In this document: piece by piece, positions 17,028 through 25,705 of the stretch | Numbering within the stretch: the first letter of the stretch is position 1 | Layout of the letters: each line of letters starts with the position of its first letter | DNA from: Vampirovibrionales bacterium | GTDB taxonomy: Bacteria > Cyanobacteriota > Vampirovibrionia > Vampirovibrionales > JAJTHC01 | DNA: 64,000 bases | Reading direction: 5' to 3' | Assembly (NCBI GenBank): GCA_947458095.1 | Contig: CANGYO010000001.1 | Location: 6,414-70,413, forward strand | Position numbers and translations under genes: made by a program | Notes under the pieces: generated by a model | Databases searched by the model: none | The model's input: only the letters and a program-made list of their open reading frames with translations | Told to the model about the DNA's origin: nothing

Positions 17028-17170
17028 GAGGGCGGCTGGTTTATAGTACCCCTGTTTGTAGACCTTGTTTATACTTGAAAGCCTTGCGATTTTATGCTAG
17101 CTTATAAAAAACCTTAAAAGGGTTGCTAATAAGCAACACCCCCAATCTAACAGAAAGGAGGTGAAGCAAA

Positions 17171-17233
17171 ATGGATCATATAGAACATCTTTCGATGTTA
17201 CTAATTATCCTCCTTCTAGTGACGAAACTCTAG
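17171..17233 (+). CDS. Candidate 20-aa hydrophobic peptide MDHIEHLSMLLIILLLVTKL
   Basis: ATG lies 7 nt after AAAGGAGGTGA. The 3' end of the ORF sits inside the anti-SD-containing hairpin. Confidence 0.5.
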   Translation: MDHIEHLSMLLIILLLVTKL

Positions 17234-17289
17234 GAGGATAGCTGAACGGAGTTCTCAAGCTTTTACGCTTGGGGACTCCCCCTTTTTAT

Positions 17290-17318
17290 ATTGTGGCAAA
17301 TGTAGAAGCTTTTGTCAA
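17290..17318 (-). promoter_or_regulatory. Convergent promoter TTGACA-N17-CACAAT (copy E)
   Basis: The minus strand reads TTGACAaaagcttctacatttgcCACAAT. Confidence 0.5.
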
Positions 17319-17433
17319 GATCTCGCCATCAATTACACATCATGCAAAAACTGTATTTTTAAGCTCACACGTTAAAAATCCGTTGAAACGTTTCTATAAT
17401 AGTAGGCATCACTAAAATGAGGAAGCCCCTGCT

Positions 17434-18777
17434 ATGTCCACCAATACTATTAGCCCTCCCAGAACCGAAACCGTAAGCCCACGAGGCATCCCCTTACTAG
17501 AAAACGTCCCCACGTCACTAGACGCCTTGGCAGACTATATTTATAGCCACGCCCCCAAACTCACCCAAAAACAGCAAGTGCTTTTGGTGGAAGGCGGTTC
17601 GCAATACGGCGCCTTAAATCAATTCACCCAAAACCTCAACGAAGCCTTTCGCTTACGAGGTCACGCCACCGCACAGCTTAACCTGCATGACAATCCCCAC
17701 GCCAACCAAGAACTCGACGGCATTCTTAAGAACTTTAAACCCAGTATGCTATTTAGCCTTAATGCCATCCATGAAGCGGTCGAATTAAGCAACCGAAAGA
17801 CGCTTGGGCAACATCTCAAAGTGCCTAGCCTGTCGTGGTTTGCGGATCACCCCTTGATTCAGTGGCCTCGTATCGTTGAGGTGGACTATCCTGAAAAAAT
17901 AAATGCTCATTTTGCGATTGAAGGCTTTCGAAATACCCAGCATCGTGTGGTGAAGCATCCGCTTAAAGCCTTTAATACGACGCTTCCCGGTGTAGGCTTT
18001 CCGTCCTTTGAAACGCAAAAACCGTTTAAAGAACGGACGATTTCACTTTTGGTGCCGTGTAGCTTTACCCCCTTTCAAGAAAAGCTAGAATCGCTCAAAT
18101 TCCCCAAATTTCCTGCCTTTGAAGCCCTTTGCAAAGAAGCGATCGACTACCTCATCGCATCACCTGAACATCCTGCCGATACCTTCTTGCTCGACGGGCT
18201 AGAACGCCTTGGTGTGGATCCTAAGGCGGTTCACCCTTATCAGTATCCCCGCCTCATGGCGTGGATCAATCACAGTGCGGAAATGTACTGGCGAGAAAAC
18301 TTTTTAAGACAAGCGAAAAACATTCCGCTGACCTTGTGCGGTAATGGCTGGGAAAAGGCCTCCTTTTTGTCGGACAAATGGACGCTATTGGCGCCGCCTA
18401 AAACGGGGACATCCGTGGCGTTGTATGGCGACACTCAAGCCGTTTGGCACATTTTCCCGATGTATCCTGAAAGTGGGCATGACCGCATTGATAACGCTAC
18501 GGCGAATGGAACCAATCTCATCACGGAGCCGAAAGAATGGCTCCAAGGCTATTACGGCAAGGCGTTGCAGTATATCGCTCAAGATTTATCGACGGTGGAA
18601 GAAACCTTGCAAAGCTATTTGAACGCTCCGCTAGCCGAGCGTGAGGCTCAAGCGAATTATGCCCAGCGTTTTACCTTAACGAACCGCACCTTCTTCAATA
18701 GTGTGATTGATATTGAAGATATTTTGGAGCGTTTTGCCTTGCGTCAAGCCTTGAGCGAGTATCCGAAAAGTGATTAG
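17434..18777 (+). CDS. Hypothetical protein, possibly a CgeB-family (Glyco_trans_1_2-like) glycosyltransferase
   Basis: In this 447 aa ORF the only recognisable motif is near the C-terminus (DRIDNATANGTNLITEPKE, reminiscent of the CgeB-type R.FE..a.G..l.te motif). Confidence 0.3.
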   Translation: MSTNTISPPRTETVSPRGIPLLENVPTSLDALADYIYSHAPKLTQKQQVLLVEGGSQYGALNQFTQNLNEAFRLRGHATAQLNLHDNPHANQELDGILKNFKPSMLFSLNAIHEAVELSNRKTLGQHLKVPSLSWFADHPLIQWPRIVEVDYPEKINAHFAIEGFRNTQHRVVKHPLKAFNTTLPGVGFPSFETQKPFKERTISLLVPCSFTPFQEKLESLKFPKFPAFEALCKEAIDYLIASPEHPADTFLLDGLERLGVDPKAVHPYQYPRLMAWINHSAEMYWRENFLRQAKNIPLTLCGNGWEKASFLSDKWTLLAPPKTGTSVALYGDTQAVWHIFPMYPESGHDRIDNATANGTNLITEPKEWLQGYYGKALQYIAQDLSTVEETLQSYLNAPLAEREAQANYAQRFTLTNRTFFNSVIDIEDILERFALRQALSEYPKSD

Positions 18778-18824
18778 AATTAGGTCTTTTAGAAGATTCA
18801 CCCACTTATACCAATTAAACGATT

Positions 18825-18949
18825 AAATAGCGTCTGGCGTCTTCGTTGTCGCTACTATTCTCGATGTGCTTATGTACGTTTTATGTACACCTCACACATC
18901 TGCGAGTCTAGGCTCCTAGAATCCGCCTATACGCTTTTCAATCGTTTAA
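18825..18949. repeat. Gene-3'-end repeat family 3, copy 1, flanked by 10-bp inverted repeats ttaaacgatt/aatcgtttaa
   Basis: It shares gtcgctac.attctcgatgtgcttatg...cacacatctgcgagtctaggctcctagaatccgc with 57841-57955, including a 34-bp identical block, and more loosely with 36041-36150. Confidence 0.7.
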
Positions 18950-18999
18950 ATGGTATTACAAACTGTAACAAATCTGTTATATTAAAAAAAAGTGTTGCT

Positions 19000-19176
19000 T
19001 TCTGTATGTTTGGCATATAATTAAAATCTAATCAAGTGAATAATTGACTAGCCTCTTATGCTTGCTGGTTGATTCATTTGTAGGATGTCTTCAAAGGGTC
19101 ATGGCGTTTTAGGGACGCTCAATTGTGGGGATGTCTGTATTTAGTAGTAGTTTTAAGCGACATGAAGGGCAAGATT
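19000..19176 (+). promoter_or_regulatory. Probable rplJL leader / L10(L12)4 autoregulatory 5'UTR
   Basis: A long untranslated region sits upstream of rplJ in the conserved rplJ-rplL-rpoB context. Its structure was not verified. Confidence 0.3.
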
Positions 19177-19710
19177 ATGCCGACGCTATCTCAGAAAAAG
19201 GGTTTTGTCAGTCAACTTACGGAAGATATTTCAACCGCTAACATTATTTTGCTAGTGGACTATCGTGGGCTTTCTGTGGCAGAAATGACGAATCTTCGTC
19301 GTGCGTTAAGTGCGGCGGATGTTAAAGTCAAAGTGGCGAAGAATACGCTGGTTAAGCGTGCTGCTTTGGGTACGGATATTGAAAAGCTCGCCCCTTACCT
19401 TAAAGGGCCTACGGGTCTTGTATTGGGGTATGGTGATGAAGTTTCTGCCGTTAAGGTGATTAAAGAATTCCTTAAAAAGAATAAAAAAGAAAACGAGCTT
19501 CGTGCCGCCTTCTTAGAAGGTAATGCAATGAATGCTGTGGGTGTGAACGAGCTTGCGACAATGCCTTCTAAGGAAGAGCTTCGTGGTAAGTTGCTCATGT
19601 GTATTGCAAGTCCTTTGATGGGCTTGGCGAATGCCTTGAGCCATAACCAAAGTGGCTTGGTTCGTTTGCTTGATCAACTTTCTACAATCAAGCAAGATGA
19701 AGAAGCGTAA
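19177..19710 (+). CDS. rplJ: 50S ribosomal protein L10
   Basis: MPTLSQKKGFVSQLTEDISTANIILLVDYRGLSVAEMTNLRRAL... is a typical L10 sequence. The ORF-track start at 19123 is probably an upstream in-frame extension. Confidence 0.85.
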   Translation: MPTLSQKKGFVSQLTEDISTANIILLVDYRGLSVAEMTNLRRALSAADVKVKVAKNTLVKRAALGTDIEKLAPYLKGPTGLVLGYGDEVSAVKVIKEFLKKNKKENELRAAFLEGNAMNAVGVNELATMPSKEELRGKLLMCIASPLMGLANALSHNQSGLVRLLDQLSTIKQDEEA

Positions 19711-19809
19711 GCTTTCTTTGTGTTGTGGGTTGTGATTCCCAAACTTAGGTGAATGCCTATTTTATTTGTTAGATTCTATGTTATATAAGTCGAAAGAGGT
19801 TCTTTCATT

Positions 19810-20205
19810 ATGATGATGGCTGTTGAATTAGATTCCAAAACGTCTCAAGTTTTTGAGCAAATTAAAGAATTGAGCTTTTTACAAACTGCTCAGTTGGTAA
19901 AAGCATTTGAAGATGAGTTCGGCATTTCTGCTGCGGCTCCTGCTGCCGCTGCTGCTCCTGTGGCTGCTGCTGCGGTTGAAGCGGTTGAAGAGCAAACCGA
20001 TTTCACCCTTGTTTTGTTGGACGCTGGTGCGACCAAAATTCAAGTGTTGAAGGAAGTTCGTGCGATTACAGGCTTGGGCTTGAAAGAAGCCAAAGATCTT
20101 GTAGACAGTACGCCTAAAACGGTTAAAGAAGGCTTGAAAAAAGAAGAAGCTGAAGAGTTGAAGAAGAAACTCGAAGAGCTTGGTGCGAAAATCGAGCTTA
20201 AGTAA
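19810..20205 (+). CDS. rplL: 50S ribosomal protein L7/L12
   Basis: It has an Ala-rich hinge ([21 protein letters not shown]) and a C-terminal domain ([56 protein letters not shown]). Confidence 0.9.
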   Translation: MMMAVELDSKTSQVFEQIKELSFLQTAQLVKAFEDEFGISAAAPAAAAAPVAAAAVEAVEEQTDFTLVLLDAGATKIQVLKEVRAITGLGLKEAKDLVDSTPKTVKEGLKKEEAEELKKKLEELGAKIELK

Positions 20206-20213
20206 GTATCTTA

Positions 20214-20255
20214 GGGCAAGTTTCCTTTGGGGAAGCTTGCCCTTCTTTGCATTTT
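20214..20255 (+). terminator. rplL-rpoB intergenic attenuator/terminator hairpin
   Basis: gggcaagtttcctttggggaagcttgccc is followed by ttctttgcattttt. Confidence 0.6.
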
Positions 20256-20455
20256 TATCGTAACGCCTTTGGTGAGCGTTTCAGGAGCTTCATTTTAAAT
20301 GATTTCGAATCGCTTTTTGCTGATATAATATAAAAGGTTTGAGGTGGCGAGAGGCCTCCTCAATTCGTGTATTTTTTAAAATGCTCCGCATGTATGAAGT
20401 AGAATAGCAAGGTTTTATTGCCAAAACCTTGTGCCATAGCTAAAGAGGGTTTGAC

Positions 20456-23400
20456 ATGACGGCTAAAAAGGTTCAGCGTTCAACGCTTCCTGGAATTGGT
20501 GACCTTCCCCTTGATCATATGCCTGATCTTGCGGAGATTCAAAAAAAGTCATTTCAATGGTTTCTTGAAAAAGGCTTAAAAGAAGAATTGCTTTCTTTTT
20601 CTCCTGTTAAGGATTACACAGGTCGCTTGGAATTGTATTTCTTGCCTGAATATCAATTCGACAAGCCTAAGTATTCAGTGGAAGATGCTCGACATAATGA
20701 AGCGACCTATTCCAAGCAATTGCGTATTAAAATGCGTTTGATTAACCGTGATACAGGTGAAATCAAGGAACAAGAAGCCTATATCGGCGAAGTTCCCATG
20801 ATGACCGATCGTGGTACCTTTATTATCAACGGTGCGGAACGTGTTATTGTTTCGCAGTTGGTACGTTCACCCGGTATTTACTTCAAAAAAGAAACCGCCT
20901 TAAACGGTAAGCGTACCTTTAATGCGACCTTGATTCCCAACCGTGGGGCGTGGTTGAAGTTTGAAACCGATGTGAACGATGTAATTTACGTCAAGATCGA
21001 CAAAAACCGTAAGATTCCTGCCACGGTCTTATTGCGTGCCTTGGGCTTGACCGAGCAAGACATGGAAGGGCGTTTGCGTCACTTTGAGTTCTTGCGTCGT
21101 ACGCTGGACAAAGATTCCACCGAAACCATGGAAGAAGCCTTGATTGAAGTCTACAAAAAGCTTCGCCCAGGTGATCCGCCGAGTGTGAGTGGTGGTCGTC
21201 AATTGCTTGAGTCTCGCTTCTTTGATGACAAGCGTTATGACTTAGGTAAAGTCGGTCGCTATAAGATGAACAAAAAATTGGGCCTAAGTGTGCCTGACAA
21301 CGTGCGTACCTTGACCATTGGCGATATTATCACCGCTGTCGATTACTTGATTAGTCTTCACTACGATGAAGGGGCGGTCGATGACATTGATCACCTCGGC
21401 AACCGTCGTATTCGTGCGGTAGGTGAACTCCTTCAAAACCAGTTTAGAGTAGGTCTTTCACGTTTGGAACGTATCGTGAAAGAACGTATGACCCTTCAAG
21501 ACACCGAAACCTTGACGCCGAATAACTTGTTGAATCCCAAGCCTTTATTGGCGGCAATTCGTGAGTTCTTTGGGTCTTCACAGTTGTCTCAGTTTATGGA
21601 TCAAACGAACCCCTTGGCTGAATTGACGCACAAGCGTCGTTTATCGGCTCTTGGGCCAGGTGGTTTGACTCGTGAGCGTGCAGGCTTTGCCGTTCGAGAT
21701 ATTCACCCGTCTCATTACGGACGGATTTGTCCTGTAGAAACGCCTGAAGGTCCAAACGCTGGATTGATCGGTAGCCTTTCTGCGTTTGCTCGAGTCAACG
21801 ACTACGGATTCCTTGAAACACCTTATTTTGTTGTGAAAAACGGTGTCGTCACCAGTGATTTGGATTACTTGTCTGCGGATGAGGAAGATCGTTACCGCAT
21901 CGCCCCTGGTGACTTGCGTCGTGATGTGGAAACAGGTGCCATTATCGGCAATGCTGTTCCTGTTCGCTACCGCAACGACTTCACTACGACTACGGCGGAT
22001 ACCGTTGATTATGTCGGTAGCTCACCGATTCAAATCGTTTCAGTCGGAACGTCTTTGATTCCTTTCCTAGAGCATGACGATGCCAACCGTGCCTTAATGG
22101 GTGCGAACATGCAACGTCAAGCGGTGCCTTTGGTTCGTACGCAACGAGCCGCTGTTGGAACAGGGCTTGAAAAGCGGGTCGCTCTCGATTCGGGCATGTG
22201 TATGAAAACCACGGTTGCTGGGACGGTTGAAAAAGTGACAGGCGTCTTTGTGGATGTGCGTGATGAAGAGACCAATAAGGTCATCCGTCATAAGATGATG
22301 AAATATGTCCGTTCAAACCAAGACACTTGTTTGAATCAAACGCCTATTGTTAGTGAAGGCGATGTCTTAAAATTGGGCGATGTTATTGCCGATGGAGCGT
22401 CCACCAAGGACGGTGAACTTGCTTTGGGTAAGAATGTTCTCGTGGCGTTTATGCCATGGGAAGGCTACAACTTTGAAGATGCGGTCTTGATTTCTGAACG
22501 CTTGGTTCAGGATGATATTTTCTCGTCCATTCACATCGAAAAGTTTGAAATCGATGCTCGTGCCACGAAGCTAGGGCCTGAAGAAATCACCCGTGAGCTC
22601 CCCAATGTGGGTGAGGATGCCTTGAAAAATCTTGATGAGCAAGGCATTATTCGTGTGGGTGCAAGGGTTTATGCCGATGATATTTTGGTCGGTAAAATTA
22701 CCCCCAAAGGTGAAGCGGAACATCCCCCTGAAGAGAAGCTTTTGCGAGCCATTTTCGCTGAAAAAGCTCGGGATGTGAAGGACAATTCCTTGCGTGTGCC
22801 TCACGGAGAAGGCGGTCGTGTGGTGGATGTCAAAGTCTTTGAGCGTGAAAAAGGTGATGATCTCCCTCCTGGGGCCAATACCGTTGTTCGTGTATACTTG
22901 GCTCAGCGTCGTAAAGTCAGTGTCGGAGATAAAATGGCGGGTCGCCACGGTAACAAAGGGATTGTGTCCCGTATTTTGCCTGTGGAAGACATGCCGTTCT
23001 TGCCTGATGGTACGCCTGTTGATGTGGTCTTAAACCCGCTCGGCGTACCGTCTCGTATGAACGTGGGTCAAACGTATGAAACCATGTTGGGACTTGCGGC
23101 CTTTTTAAACGGCAAGTTGTATGAAGTGCCTCCCTTTGATGAGATGTATGGCGAAGAAGCGTCGCTTAAAGCTGTTCGTCAAGAGCTTGAAGAAGCCATT
23201 GAAGCGTCTGGCAAATCATGGATTTACCCCACAGGTAAGGCCACTTTGCTCGACGGCCGTACGGGTGAAGCCTTCCACAACCCTGTGGCACTTGGCTACA
23301 TGTTCTTGATGAAGCTGGTTCACTTGGTGGATGACAAAATCCACGCCCGTTCGACAGGGCCTTACAGTCTTGTAACGCAACAGCCCTTGGGTGGTAAGGC

Positions 23401-23761
23401 TCAATTTGGTGGTCAGCGTTTCGGAGAAATGGAAGTGTGGGCGTTGGAAGCTTATGGCGCTGCTTACACCTTGCAAGAAATGTTGACGATTAAGTCCGAT
23501 GATGTCACGGGTCGTAGCCGTGCGTATGAAGCCATCGTCAAAGGTGAAAACCTCACACGCCCTGGTATTCCTGAATCGTTTAAGGTTTTGGTGCGTGAAC
23601 TTCAAAGTATCGGCTTAGATCTTTCGGTCGTCAAAAAAGATGAAAACGATCGAGAAGTTGAAGTCGATCTCATGTCGGATGAATCTGCCGCTAAAAAAGC
23701 CCTGAAACAGCGTGTGATCATCCCCAATGACACGGAGTTGTTGAACTTTTTCGCTGAATAG
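20456..23761 (+). CDS. rpoB: DNA-directed RNA polymerase subunit beta
   Basis: The 1101 aa ORF has canonical RpoB blocks throughout (e.g. [50 protein letters not shown]). Confidence 0.95.
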   Translation: MTAKKVQRSTLPGIGDLPLDHMPDLAEIQKKSFQWFLEKGLKEELLSFSPVKDYTGRLELYFLPEYQFDKPKYSVEDARHNEATYSKQLRIKMRLINRDTGEIKEQEAYIGEVPMMTDRGTFIINGAERVIVSQLVRSPGIYFKKETALNGKRTFNATLIPNRGAWLKFETDVNDVIYVKIDKNRKIPATVLLRALGLTEQDMEGRLRHFEFLRRTLDKDSTETMEEALIEVYKKLRPGDPPSVSGGRQLLESRFFDDKRYDLGKVGRYKMNKKLGLSVPDNVRTLTIGDIITAVDYLISLHYDEGAVDDIDHLGNRRIRAVGELLQNQFRVGLSRLERIVKERMTLQDTETLTPNNLLNPKPLLAAIREFFGSSQLSQFMDQTNPLAELTHKRRLSALGPGGLTRERAGFAVRDIHPSHYGRICPVETPEGPNAGLIGSLSAFARVNDYGFLETPYFVVKNGVVTSDLDYLSADEEDRYRIAPGDLRRDVETGAIIGNAVPVRYRNDFTTTTADTVDYVGSSPIQIVSVGTSLIPFLEHDDANRALMGANMQRQAVPLVRTQRAAVGTGLEKRVALDSGMCMKTTVAGTVEKVTGVFVDVRDEETNKVIRHKMMKYVRSNQDTCLNQTPIVSEGDVLKLGDVIADGASTKDGELALGKNVLVAFMPWEGYNFEDAVLISERLVQDDIFSSIHIEKFEIDARATKLGPEEITRELPNVGEDALKNLDEQGIIRVGARVYADDILVGKITPKGEAEHPPEEKLLRAIFAEKARDVKDNSLRVPHGEGGRVVDVKVFEREKGDDLPPGANTVVRVYLAQRRKVSVGDKMAGRHGNKGIVSRILPVEDMPFLPDGTPVDVVLNPLGVPSRMNVGQTYETMLGLAAFLNGKLYEVPPFDEMYGEEASLKAVRQELEEAIEASGKSWIYPTGKATLLDGRTGEAFHNPVALGYMFLMKLVHLVDDKIHARSTGPYSLVTQQPLGGKAQFGGQRFGEMEVWALEAYGAAYTLQEMLTIKSDDVTGRSRAYEAIVKGENLTRPGIPESFKVLVRELQSIGLDLSVVKKDENDREVEVDLMSDESAAKKALKQRVIIPNDTELLNFFAE

Positions 23762-23840
23762 CCAATGAATCCCCTTGAGCGGACTTAAATTCACTTAAGG
23801 GGAGCCTCATGCTTTAATCCCGCTTAAATATATCGTCTTA

Positions 23841-25616
23841 ATGGTTGCTGGCAAACGCCATTCATCCATGAACAATCGGAGGAACGCCCCCTTGGTTAGC
23901 ACAAATATCGATCACTTTGACTATATTCGCATCGGCATTGCATCGCCGACCCGCATTTTAGACTTGTCTCATGGCGAAGTTCTAAAGCCTGAAACCATTA
24001 ACTACCGTACTTTAAAGCCTGAAATGGGCGGTCTCTTCTGCGAACGCATTTTTGGGCCAACGAAAGACTGGGAATGCTATTGCGGAAAATACAAACGTGT
24101 GCGTCATAGAGGCATTATTTGTGAGCGTTGTGGCGTTGAAGTCACCGAAGCCCGTGTGCGTCGTGTGCGTATGGGTCACGTTCAGTTGGCAGCCCCTGTT
24201 AGCCATATTTGGTTCTTGAAAGGCATCCCCAGTTATATGGGGCTTTTGTTGGACACGCCCTTGAAAGATTTAGAGCAGATCATCTACTTTAATGCGTACG
24301 TTGTCTTAGATGCGGGTAATACCGAACTCACCTACGGGCAACTCTTGAGCGAAGAAGAGTATGATAAGCTGTTGGACGACAATGAAGATGCTCAGTTTGA
24401 AGTAGGTATCGGGGCAGAAGCCATTAAAGTCATGTTGCAAAACATTGATTTAGTGGAACTCGTCAACGAATTGCGTGGGCAAGTCGACACCCTAGGGGCA
24501 ACCGCCAGCCAAAAGAAAACCAAGCTCATGAAACGCTTGCGTTTGGCTGAACTGTTAATGGGCAGTAAGACTGATCCGAGCTGGATGGTCATGGATGCGT
24601 TGCCTGTGACACCACCAGATCTTCGTCCGATGGTGCAGTTAGATGGTGGACGCTTTGCGACATCCGACTTAAATGACTTGTACCGCCGTGTCATCAACCG
24701 TAATAATCGCTTGGCTCGCTTGATTGACATGGGCGCACCTGAAATCATCATCCGCAACGAAAAACGCATGTTGCAAGAATCGGTGGATGCCTTGATTGAC
24801 AACGGTCGTCGTGGACGAACGGTTGTTGGTCCAAACAATCGTCCCTTGAAATCGTTGTCTAACATCATTGAAGGGAAGCAAGGTCGTTTCCGTCAAAACT
24901 TGTTAGGTAAACGTGTGGATTATTCAGGGCGTTCCGTTATTGTGGTTGGGCCTAAATTGAACTTGCACCAGTGCGGATTGCCTAAAGAAATGGCGATTGA
25001 ACTGTTTAAGCCCTTTGTGATCAATAAATTGATTGAAGGTGGGGAATGCCAAAACATTAAATCCGCCAAGAAAAAAATCGAACGTGGTGAGACCATTGTG
25101 TGGGATGTCTTGGAAGAGCTGATTAAGGGGCATCCTGTCCTACTCAACCGAGCACCGACCCTGCACCGTTTGGGGATTCAAGCCTTTGAACCTGTCTTGG
25201 TAGACGGTCGAGCGATTCAGTTGCATCCCTTGGTCTGTATGGCGTTTAACGCCGACTTTGACGGTGACCAAATGGCTGTTCACATTCCTTTGTCTTTAGA
25301 AGCTCAAGCGGAAGCCCGCATGTTAATGCTAGCGACCAATAACGTCTTGCTTCCTGCGACAGGCAAACCTGCGATCACCCCAACGCAAGACATGGTTTTG
25401 GGTCTGTACTACTTGACCTTGGACAACCCCAACTCCAATAAGGGTGAAGGGATGCGTTTCTTCAGTTTTGACGATGCCTTGGCTGCTTTTGAAGCAGGCG
25501 TGCTTCACATTCATGCCCGTATTGCGGTCAGAGATTCCGACGGCACGATGATTGACACGACGGTCGGACGCATTATTTTCAATAAAACCGTGCGTCAAGC
25601 CCTCGCTCAAGTTTAG
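23841..25616 (+). CDS. rpoC1: DNA-directed RNA polymerase subunit gamma (the N-terminal part of a split beta-prime)
   Basis: It has a Zn-finger region ([35 protein letters not shown]) and the catalytic [12 protein letters not shown] motif, and ends after about 590 aa. The start may be the ATG at 23868. Confidence 0.9.
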   Translation: MVAGKRHSSMNNRRNAPLVSTNIDHFDYIRIGIASPTRILDLSHGEVLKPETINYRTLKPEMGGLFCERIFGPTKDWECYCGKYKRVRHRGIICERCGVEVTEARVRRVRMGHVQLAAPVSHIWFLKGIPSYMGLLLDTPLKDLEQIIYFNAYVVLDAGNTELTYGQLLSEEEYDKLLDDNEDAQFEVGIGAEAIKVMLQNIDLVELVNELRGQVDTLGATASQKKTKLMKRLRLAELLMGSKTDPSWMVMDALPVTPPDLRPMVQLDGGRFATSDLNDLYRRVINRNNRLARLIDMGAPEIIIRNEKRMLQESVDALIDNGRRGRTVVGPNNRPLKSLSNIIEGKQGRFRQNLLGKRVDYSGRSVIVVGPKLNLHQCGLPKEMAIELFKPFVINKLIEGGECQNIKSAKKKIERGETIVWDVLEELIKGHPVLLNRAPTLHRLGIQAFEPVLVDGRAIQLHPLVCMAFNADFDGDQMAVHIPLSLEAQAEARMLMLATNNVLLPATGKPAITPTQDMVLGLYYLTLDNPNSNKGEGMRFFSFDDALAAFEAGVLHIHARIAVRDSDGTMIDTTVGRIIFNKTVRQALAQV

Positions 25617-25705
25617 CGATCCATAGGCAAGCCTCTTTAAAAGGCTTGCCTGCTCTTCATCCTTCTTAATACCATTTTTTAATTCAATGAAAGAGGTTTT
25701 GCGAT

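Larger units (their letters stand above)
16846..17033 (+). repeat. Peptide/antisense module, copy D (short form)
   Basis: It has the conserved SD-ATGGAT block, the ttatcctcc...taggaggata hairpin, ggggactcccccttttt and ttgtggcaaat..ctttgtcaag. Confidence 0.75.
17074..17320 (+). repeat. Peptide/antisense module, copy E (full-length)
   Basis: Nearly identical to copy A, including an identical peptide ORF apart from the last 3 codons. Confidence 0.8.
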
